Shown piece by piece: positions 7,297 to 12,712 of a stretch of 12,712 nucleotides of DNA (position 1 is its first letter; each line of letters begins with the position of its first letter). Below the pieces are notes generated by a model, which did no database searches, was not told the DNA's origin, and was given only the letters and a program-made list of their open reading frames with translations. Origin of the DNA: Candidatus Iainarchaeum sp. (GTDB lineage: Archaea; Iainarchaeota; Iainarchaeia; Iainarchaeales; UBA10191); contig JAZDMJ010000006.1 of assembly GCA_043801115.1 (NCBI GenBank), forward strand, positions 1-12,712. The letters are read 5' to 3'. Position numbers and translations under genes: made by a program.

Positions 7297-7317
7297 ACCA
7301 ACCCCCCGCACTGAACC

Positions 7318-7325
7318 TATTTAAA
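7318..7325 (-). promoter_or_regulatory. TATA box TTTAAATA (minus strand) centred about 26 nt upstream of the surface-protein ATG
   Basis: A consensus-like archaeal TATA (TTTAWATA) that is correctly spaced for a leaderless mRNA. Confidence 0.55.
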
Positions 7326-7383
7326 CCTATCCCTTATTCACCGCACAAAGTGAGTATTATTCGTTGTTTGCCGAAAATTCCGC

Positions 7384-7390
7384 TTTTATA
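7384..7390 (+). promoter_or_regulatory. TATA box TTTTATA centred about 26 nt upstream of the LD-carboxypeptidase ATG (7413)
   Basis: It is divergent from the surface-protein promoter across the same 116-nt intergenic region. Confidence 0.55.
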
Positions 7391-7412
7391 CTTTTCCGCC
7401 CTATTTTGGAGC

Positions 7413-8411
7413 ATGAAACTCATCAAGCCCGTCGCGTTGCGTTCGGGTGATTCTGTTCGCATCATCACGCCTTCCGACAGCGCGGTTGCGTTTGGAAGCG
7501 CGTCCCAGCAGCGCGCGGAAAAAGTTTTGAAGTCCATGGGGTTGCGCGTTTCTTTTTCGAAAAATTTTGGAAAAAGCGACGGGCACACAGGCGGAACCAT
7601 TGAAGAACGGCTGAATGATTTCATGGAAGCGTTCGAAGATGATGAGGTGCAATGTGTCATGCCGCTTTATGGCGGTTTTAATGCCAACCAACTGCTTCCC
7701 TTTATCAATTTCAAAACTATTCGAACGCACGACAAAACATTCATTGGCTTTTCGGACATTTCCTGCCTCAATTTGGCCATACTGGCCAAAGCGGGGGTCG
7801 TCAATTTTTCAGGGCCTTGCTTTTCTACTTTTTCCCAGCCCGAACTGCCCGAATTCACGCTCCGCCATTTTCGCGCCGTCGTCTTTGACGGAGCCTGCGA
7901 CGCGTTTGACTCTTCCGAACGGTTTGCCGAGGACGCGTGGTGGAAAAGCGATTCGCAAACCCGCGAGTGGAAAACCAATCCCAGTGTTCAAACTCTCCGC
8001 AAGGGAAAAGCGAGCGGCGTGCTGGTCGGCGGAAACCTTTCCACGACGGCCATGCTGTGCGGAACTCCCTTCCTGCCCAAAATTTCAAACCCGCTGGTTT
8101 TTTTGGAAGAAGACCACGAAGGGCGGCCCGTCATTTTCGACCGCCAATTCCACCAACTGCTCCAAGCGGGCTTTTTCAAAAACGCCCAAGGACTCTTGCT
8201 AGGACGTACCGAAACAGCCGCGGGATTTTCTTTGCAAGATTCTCTGGCCCGCATTGTACTGCCCGCCACGCAAAAAGCAGGCATTCCCGTCCTTTCCGAA
8301 ATGGATTTCGGACACACCGACCCCTTGCTGACCATTCCCCTCGGAATCCGGGCCGAACTCGACGCAACGTCGAAAAAAGTGCGCCTGCTCGAAAGCGCGG
8401 TTTTACCATAA
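7413..8411 (+). CDS. peptidase S66 family (LD-carboxypeptidase LdcA / microcin C7 immunity MccF-like), 332 aa
   Basis: Family motifs: N-terminal SGDSVRIITPS, GTIEERLNDFMEAFEDDEVQCVMPLYGGFNANQLLPFIN, catalytic Ser in GFSDISCLNLAI, acidic EEDHEGRPVIFDRQFHQL, and catalytic His in MDFGHTDPLLTIPLG. The start is taken at the internal ATG 7413 (MKLIKPVALRSG...) on the basis of TATA spacing. Confidence 0.8.
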   Translation: MKLIKPVALRSGDSVRIITPSDSAVAFGSASQQRAEKVLKSMGLRVSFSKNFGKSDGHTGGTIEERLNDFMEAFEDDEVQCVMPLYGGFNANQLLPFINFKTIRTHDKTFIGFSDISCLNLAILAKAGVVNFSGPCFSTFSQPELPEFTLRHFRAVVFDGACDAFDSSERFAEDAWWKSDSQTREWKTNPSVQTLRKGKASGVLVGGNLSTTAMLCGTPFLPKISNPLVFLEEDHEGRPVIFDRQFHQLLQAGFFKNAQGLLLGRTETAAGFSLQDSLARIVLPATQKAGIPVLSEMDFGHTDPLLTIPLGIRAELDATSKKVRLLESAVLP

Positions 8412-8442
8412 CCCATTTATTCCAAAACAATCTACTTTCCAT

Positions 8443-8871
8443 ATGCCTTTTCGCGTACTGGAAAAAGACAGCGCGGCCGACATTGCCTTGGAAGCCAGCG
8501 CCCCCTCGCTTGCCATGCTCTTCGGAGAATGCGCGCTGGGCGTGGAAAACCAAATGGCCGACATTGCCACGCTCGCGCGCTCCCGCTCGGTTTCCTTCTC
8601 CCTATCCGCCCCCGAGCCCGAAAAATTGTTGTTCCAATTTTTGAACGAACTCTTGTTCTTCAAGGACGCCCAACAACTGCTCTTCGGCAAAATCAGCGTC
8701 CAAATCGACGAAAAAGGCGGAAAATGGACTTTGACGGCCAAATGCTGGGGAGAAAAAATCAACCCCAAAAAGCACGAACTCTTGAACGACGTGAAAGCGT
8801 GCACGTTTCACGGCCTTTCCGTGCAAAAGCAAGGAAAAAACTGGAAAGCGCGCGTGCTCTTGGACGTGTAA
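8443..8871 (+). CDS. archease (RtcB activator), 142 aa
   Basis: Length and motifs match the archease family: N-terminal EKDSAADIALEASA resembles E-H-T-A-D-I-G, LFQFLNELLFFKD, KHELLNDVKACTFHGLSVQK, and a C-terminal LLDV. It lies immediately upstream of rtcB. Confidence 0.82.
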   Translation: MPFRVLEKDSAADIALEASAPSLAMLFGECALGVENQMADIATLARSRSVSFSLSAPEPEKLLFQFLNELLFFKDAQQLLFGKISVQIDEKGGKWTLTAKCWGEKINPKKHELLNDVKACTFHGLSVQKQGKNWKARVLLDV

Positions 8872-8879
8872 ATTTAAAA
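8871..8879 (+). promoter_or_regulatory. TATA-like AATTTAAAA centred about 26 nt upstream of the rtcB ATG, overlapping the archease stop codon
   Basis: There is no SD in front of rtcB. This is a candidate internal promoter within the ldcA-like/archease/rtcB cluster. Confidence 0.4.
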
Positions 8880-8900
8880 CCTTCAAAGCATCACTCTTGC

Positions 8901-10340
8901 ATGCCCTCTGCCTTCCAGTCAGTTTCGGATTCCGTGTTTGAAATTTCAAAACAAGGAAGCATGCGCGTTCCTGCGCGCATTTTTGCGACCAAAAAACTAT
9001 TGGACGGAATTGACGGGAATGCCATTGACCAGCTTAAAAATATGGCTACTCTTCCCGGTATCCAAAAATATGCCATCGGTCACGGAGACATGCACTCCGG
9101 CTATGGTTTTTGCATTGGGGGCGTGGCAGCATTTGATCCAAAAGAAAACGGAATCATTTCCCCTGGGGGGATAGGTTTTGATATAAATTGTGGGGTCCGC
9201 TTGGTTAAAACCAATTTGACCTTGAAAGAAGCAAAGCCCAAACTGAAAGAACTCATTGACGTTTTGTTCAGGGAAATTCCTGCAGGGGTGGGTGGAAAGG
9301 GAAAATTGCGCGTGGAGCAGGGCGAGTTGCGCGAAGTGTTGGAAGAGGGCGCGGAGTGGAGTATTCGAAAAGGACTGGGAGTGAAAGCGGATTTGCAGTG
9401 CACGGAAGAGGGCGGAAAAATGAAAGAGGCGGATGCGGATACAGTTTCTTCCAAAGCCCTTCAAAGGGGAATGCCCCAAATCGCGACGCTCGGAAGCGGC
9501 AACCATTTTCTGGAAATCCAGGAAGTGCGCGAAATTTTTGAACCCGAAATCGCCAAAACATTTGGACTGGAAAAAGGCCAAATTGTAATCATGCTGCATT
9601 CGGGCAGCCGCGGCTTCGGCCACCAAGTGGCAACCGATTATTTGGATGTCATGCTTTCCGCGATGCAAAAATACAAAATCGACGTTCCCGACCGCCAGCT
9701 CGCGTGCGCGCCCATTGAAAGCGAGGAAGGGAAAAAATATTTTAGTGCAATGGCGTGCGCCGTGAATTTTGCTTTTGCAAATAGGCAGAGCATGACGCAC
9801 TGGATCCGCGAAGGGTTTGAAAATGTTTTCCATCAAACAGCGGAAGAATTGCAGATGGATTTGCTTTACGATGTTTGCCATAACATTGCGAAGTTTGAAG
9901 AACACAAAATCGACGGAAAAAACAGGAAAGTTTTGGTGCACCGAAAGGGCGCGACGCGCGCCATGCCCGCGGGGCGCAAGGAGAATCCTTCCCTGTTCGA
10001 AAAAACGGGCCATCCCGCGCTCTTGCCCGGCTCGATGGGTACGGCCTCTTTCGTGCTTGTTGGAACGGAAAAGGGATTGGAGGAAAGCTTTGGCAGCGTG
10101 GCCCACGGCGCGGGAAGAGTCATGTCCCGCCACGGAGCCATGCGGCAAAAAACGGGCGAACAAGTGCTGAAAGAACTTGAAGCAAAAGGGGAAATTATCC
10201 GCAGCACTTCAATGAAAGGATTGGCGGAAGAAATGCCCGAAGCCTACAAGGACATCGAAGAAGTTGCATTGAGTATTGAACGTTCCGGAATCGGAAAAAA
10301 AGTGGCGAAAATGGTTCCGTTGGCAGTAACAAAAGGCTAG
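8901..10340 (+). CDS. rtcB: RNA-splicing ligase RtcB (3'-phosphate/5'-hydroxyl RNA ligase), 479 aa, with no intein
   Basis: N-terminus MPSAFQ...EISKQGSMRVPARIFATKKLL, then GIQKYAIGHGDMHSGYGFCIGGVAAFD, LGSGNHFLEIQEV, HSGSRGFGHQVA, HNIAKFEEH, LLPGSMGTASFVLVG and SVAHGAGR. The start is the ATG at 8901, not the track ORF start at 8529. Confidence 0.95.
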   Translation: MPSAFQSVSDSVFEISKQGSMRVPARIFATKKLLDGIDGNAIDQLKNMATLPGIQKYAIGHGDMHSGYGFCIGGVAAFDPKENGIISPGGIGFDINCGVRLVKTNLTLKEAKPKLKELIDVLFREIPAGVGGKGKLRVEQGELREVLEEGAEWSIRKGLGVKADLQCTEEGGKMKEADADTVSSKALQRGMPQIATLGSGNHFLEIQEVREIFEPEIAKTFGLEKGQIVIMLHSGSRGFGHQVATDYLDVMLSAMQKYKIDVPDRQLACAPIESEEGKKYFSAMACAVNFAFANRQSMTHWIREGFENVFHQTAEELQMDLLYDVCHNIAKFEEHKIDGKNRKVLVHRKGATRAMPAGRKENPSLFEKTGHPALLPGSMGTASFVLVGTEKGLEESFGSVAHGAGRVMSRHGAMRQKTGEQVLKELEAKGEIIRSTSMKGLAEEMPEAYKDIEEVALSIERSGIGKKVAKMVPLAVTKG

Positions 10341-10765
10341 ACGCCAGCGTTCATGATGAGGTCGATTTCGAATTCGTCCGAATAGTAATTGGCTCCGTCC
10401 ACGACTGCGTGCGCTCTCGCAAAAATAGTTCCAACTGCTCTGGGCGCTTGCAAGCTGACCACGAAAGAGTCGGGCGTGCTTCCTTGAAAGATGTTGCTCG
10501 TAAATGCGTAGTCGTTCGAGTCCATTGCGTGCGAAACCGAATCCCAGTCTACAGAGGTATGCGTAATATTTCCAGCGCTTCCTCCTTCCACTTTCCACGA
10601 AATCGAAAATGTTTCTTCCGTCACCGCAAGAGAGGGTTTGGACAATATTGAAATTTTGACGGGCGTTGGATTGTTGAATGTATTCTGGTCGACAACGGGA
10701 GTCGTGCATCCTGCGAGCAACAAAACAAGCAAGGCCATGCATCCGAATGCGATTTTCCAATTCAT
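10337..10765 (-). CDS. secreted lipoprotein, 142 aa, function unknown
   Basis: Signal peptide with lipobox MNWKIAFGCMALLVLLLAGC, followed by a beta-rich domain. Its stop overlaps the rtcB stop within the palindrome CTAG. Confidence 0.65.
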   Translation of the reverse strand: MNWKIAFGCMALLVLLLAGCTTPVVDQNTFNNPTPVKISILSKPSLAVTEETFSISWKVEGGSAGNITHTSVDWDSVSHAMDSNDYAFTSNIFQGSTPDSFVVSLQAPRAVGTIFARAHAVVDGANYYSDEFEIDLIMNAGV

Positions 10766-10790
10766 TAGAGCTATCCAGCAACAAAAAGCG

Positions 10791-10797
10791 TTTAAAA
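10791..10797 (-). promoter_or_regulatory. TATA-like TTTTAAA (minus strand) centred about 29 nt upstream of the lipoprotein ATG (10765)
   Basis: Its spacing matches the other putative leaderless promoters in the window. Confidence 0.4.
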
Positions 10798-10837
10798 CAG
10801 AGTTAATTCTATGTCAATTTGAAACGGGCAGTTCGTC

Positions 10838-11599
10838 TCAAGGTACTTTCGGCTTTCCGCCCATTCTCTGCCTGTAAGCTTCTCTTTCAGCGCCTTCTGG
10901 TCTCCAATTGCGGAATTTTATTCCTTCTCTTTTTCCTTTTGGCATTCTTGTTTGCCTGTATCGGGCGCCTTTTGGTTCTCGGTAGATTCCCGCCTGCGTT
11001 TTTACAACGATGTCAATATTATGCACGATTTTCCGCAAAATAATTGTCCTGAAATATTTTGCTTCTTTTGTTGTCTCTAAGTCGCTTTTAAACCAGAAAT
11101 ACCCTATGTTTTCCCGCGGAACTGACTGAACCAAACGCTCAGCAGAATACTCGCTTTCCATATCTGGCATATATTGGGCAGGAAACTCGATAGCAAAATA
11201 GTTTCCAAATTTGCGATGTGGAAATATTGAAATCAAGTGGCCGCCATGTCTTTCAGCTATTCTGGCTTTTAATTTTTCTGATGGCACGCTTGAAACAGTT
11301 CTCTTATCTGTGTGTGTTTCAATAAAAAAAACATTTTTGCCGTTGTATTTTTCATAAATTTCTTTCGTTGTTTTTTGCTCTAAATCATCCATGTCCTTGT
11401 AATATGTTCTTTTGCTTTCTGCATAATTCTTTTTTACCAAAGAGTTTATTGTTTTTTCTTCTGGCACTGGAACAATTTCCACTTCGAACCCGATTTTTTC
11501 AAGCATTGGCTTGATTTCTTCCACATATTTGCTTGCCACTGGGCTTTCGCTGGGGTGAACGCCAGTTACAAAAACTATTTTTAGCTTCTCTCTCGCCAT
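10838..11599 (-). CDS. hypothetical protein, 253 aa; possible zinc hydrolase with an HxxE...H pattern (M14 / AstE-AspA-like) and a basic Arg/Lys-rich C-terminal tail
   Basis: KIVFVTGVHPSES supplies H15-x-x-E18. An R64, FFIETHTDK and HGGHLISIFPH (further His residues) follow, then IEFP (Glu). The C-terminus is KGARYRQTRMPKGKREGIKFRNWRPEG. The gene is strongly AT-rich compared with its flanks. The family assignment is unverified. Confidence 0.55.
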   Translation of the reverse strand: MAREKLKIVFVTGVHPSESPVASKYVEEIKPMLEKIGFEVEIVPVPEEKTINSLVKKNYAESKRTYYKDMDDLEQKTTKEIYEKYNGKNVFFIETHTDKRTVSSVPSEKLKARIAERHGGHLISIFPHRKFGNYFAIEFPAQYMPDMESEYSAERLVQSVPRENIGYFWFKSDLETTKEAKYFRTIILRKIVHNIDIVVKTQAGIYREPKGARYRQTRMPKGKREGIKFRNWRPEGAEREAYRQRMGGKPKVP

Positions 11600-11621
11600 G
11601 AATGTATTTTGGCAAGAAGTG

Positions 11622-11629
11622 ATTAATTA
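11622..11629 (-). promoter_or_regulatory. TATA-like TAATTAAT (minus strand) centred about 26 nt upstream of the hypothetical-gene ATG (11599)
   Basis: Located in the 52-nt gap after the uS10 stop. Confidence 0.4.
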
Positions 11630-11651
11630 GACTGATGGGCTTTGAAAGAAG

Positions 11652-11963
11652 TCAATTTTCCTTTAACTCGATTTCCACGTGCACGTTTTCGGGAATTTCC
11701 ACGCGCATAATGTGTCTCAAAGTTCGTTCATCCGCTTGAATGTCAATCATTCGCTTGTGCACGCGCATGTGCCATCTTTCGAACGATTCCGTTCCGCCCC
11801 CGTTCGAACTCTTGCGCGTGGCAATGACCATTTTTTTGGTCGGAAGGGGAATCGCTCCCGAGTGTTTGACTCCCGTCCGTTCGGCCACTTCCAGAATCTG
11901 TTTCGAAATTTGATTGAGCAGGGAGTAGTCCGTGCAACTCAGCTTGATTCTGGCTTTCTGCAT
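11652..11963 (-). CDS. rps10: 30S ribosomal protein uS10, 103 aa from MQKARIKL; an alternative ATG lies two codons upstream at 11969
   Basis: [100 protein letters not shown] is a canonical S10. Confidence 0.93.
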   Translation of the reverse strand: MQKARIKLSCTDYSLLNQISKQILEVAERTGVKHSGAIPLPTKKMVIATRKSSNGGGTESFERWHMRVHKRMIDIQADERTLRHIMRVEIPENVHVEIELKEN

Positions 11964-11995
11964 TTTCATCACGTAAAGGGTGAAAACGCTTTTCT

Positions 11996-12037
11996 CTGCG
12001 AAGCTTTTTTTCGCAGGCCTTTTTTTGAAAAAGGCCT
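11996..12037 (-). other. two adjacent hairpins in the tuf-S10 intergenic region: a 7-bp stem CTGCGAA/TTCGCAG with a T-rich loop, and a 10-bp stem AGGCCTTTTT/AAAAAGGCCT
   Basis: Inverted repeats read directly from the sequence at 11996-12016 and 12015-12037. This is a candidate attenuator, processing or termination signal between aEF-1alpha and uS10. Confidence 0.4.
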
Positions 12038-12075
12038 TTGGGGAAAAACGTTTGTGTAAAAGGAAAAATGCGCCG

Positions 12076-12712
12076 TTACTTTTTGACGACGCTCAACACA
12101 ATTCCCGCGGCGACGGTTTGTCCCATATCGCGCACGGCAAACCTTCCCAATTGCGGGAACAGCTTGTACTCTTCCACCACAACGGGCTTGGTCGGCGTAA
12201 TCTTGACAATGGCCGCGTCTCCCGTTTTGAGGAATTTCGGGTTTTCTTCCTTCACTTGTCCCGTTTTGGGATCCAATTTTTTCTGCAATTCCGTAAACAC
12301 GCAGCTCAACTGGGCCGTGTGCATGTGGAATACAGGCGTGTAATTTACCAGAATCGCGGTCGGATGGTTCAACACGACCAACTGCGCGGTAAATTCTTTC
12401 GCGACGGTTGGAGGGCTGTTCGGGTGTCCGACAACGTCTCCGCGCGAAATCTCGTTCTTCGCTACTCCGCGCACATTGAATCCGACATTGTCTCCCGGTC
12501 CCGCTTCGGGGAGCTGTTCGTGGTGGGCTTCAATGCTCTTTACTTCTCCCTCTTTGTTGGAGGGCAGGAAAATGATTTTGTCCCCGACTTTCAGTTTTCC
12601 CGTCTCTACTCTTCCAACCGGAACTGTTCCCACTCCTTTGATGTTGTACACATCCTGGATGGGCAATCTCAATGCCTTGTCGACTGGAGGAGCGGGAGGA
12701 ACAATTTCGTCC
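12076..12712 (-). CDS. tuf: translation elongation factor aEF-1alpha (EF-Tu family), C-terminal domains II-III only; the 5' part of the gene lies beyond the window end
   Basis: ...[96 protein letters not shown]... ends in VVKK. The reading frame continues open to position 12712. Confidence 0.93.
   Translation of the reverse strand, partial: DEIVPPAPPVDKALRLPIQDVYNIKGVGTVPVGRVETGKLKVGDKIIFLPSNKEGEVKSIEAHHEQLPEAGPGDNVGFNVRGVAKNEISRGDVVGHPNSPPTVAKEFTAQLVVLNHPTAILVNYTPVFHMHTAQLSCVFTELQKKLDPKTGQVKEENPKFLKTGDAAIVKITPTKPVVVEEYKLFPQLGRFAVRDMGQTVAAGIVLSVVKK

Noticed and set aside
7297-7311. GTG start (MRGVG...) for the surface protein
   Set aside because: The ATG at 7296 begins exactly at a canonical signal peptide and sits 26 nt from a consensus TATA. 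The GTG extension would lie inside that promoter.
5869-7314. 481-aa plus-strand ORF and other long plus-strand ORFs (5194..5814, 6401..6745, 6897..7274)
   Set aside because: They are entirely antisense to the well-supported 696-aa surface-protein gene. Their translations are low-complexity Arg/Gly/Val-rich with no recognisable motifs. These are typical shadow ORFs.
7350-7412. Longer N-terminus (MSIIRCLPKIPLLYFSALFWS) for the S66 peptidase
   Set aside because: It would overlap the TATA box at 7384-7390, and the S66 family N-terminus aligns with MKLIKPVALRSGDSVRIITPS starting at 7413.
8529-8900. 603-aa track ORF fusing upstream sequence onto RtcB
   Set aside because: The upstream 124 codons overlap the archease gene in another frame and are Arg-rich nonsense. 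The RtcB N-terminal consensus begins at the ATG at 8901.
8997-10163. 388-aa minus-strand ORF antisense to rtcB, and the 7937..8644 plus ORF overlapping the peptidase in another frame
   Set aside because: They overlap genes with unambiguous family motifs, and the translations have no domain-like features.
10353-10360. C-box-like AUGAUGA just after the rtcB stop (possible C/D box sRNA)
   Set aside because: No matching D/D' (CUGA) or C' boxes at appropriate spacing, and the sequence lies within the lipoprotein coding region.
1-12712. CRISPR arrays, tRNA/rRNA genes, transposases, integrases and inteins
   Set aside because: No direct repeat arrays and no tRNA-like T-loop/acceptor patterns in intergenic regions were found. 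RtcB is of standard length (479 aa), so there is no intein. No IS or integrase-like ORFs were seen.

Overview
Archaeal chromosomal segment. The mRNAs appear leaderless: six genes have a TATA-like box centred 26-29 nt upstream of the ATG, and internal operon genes carry Shine-Dalgarno motifs instead. On the minus strand run a partial aEF-1alpha (C-terminal domains, truncated by the window end) and uS10, then an approximately 8 kb accessory block, then the conserved uL3-uL4-uL23-uL2-uS19 ribosomal operon (a possible uL22 start is cut by the window start). The accessory block contains, in order: (i) an AT-rich 253-aa hypothetical gene with an HxxE...H zinc-hydrolase-like pattern; (ii) a small lipoprotein whose stop overlaps that of a plus-strand cluster; (iii) a plus-strand cluster of an S66 LD-carboxypeptidase/MccF-like peptidase, archease and the RNA ligase RtcB; (iv) a 696-aa cell-surface protein with a Tyr/Trp/Asn-rich region of about 113 aa that is roughly 40% aromatic, tandem Cys-containing beta-sandwich-like repeats and a C-terminal membrane anchor; (v) a 29-aa basic small ORF with a near-perfect Shine-Dalgarno motif, followed by a hairpin and oligo-T terminator; (vi) stomatin (SPFH), translationally coupled to an AT-rich lipoprotein instead of the usual NfeD partner. 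No tRNA, rRNA, CRISPR array or transposase was recognised. Most notable are the LdcA-archease-RtcB linkage in an archaeon, a possible eukaryote-like Lys-rich N-terminal extension on uL23 (start-codon dependent), and the aromatic-rich surface protein.
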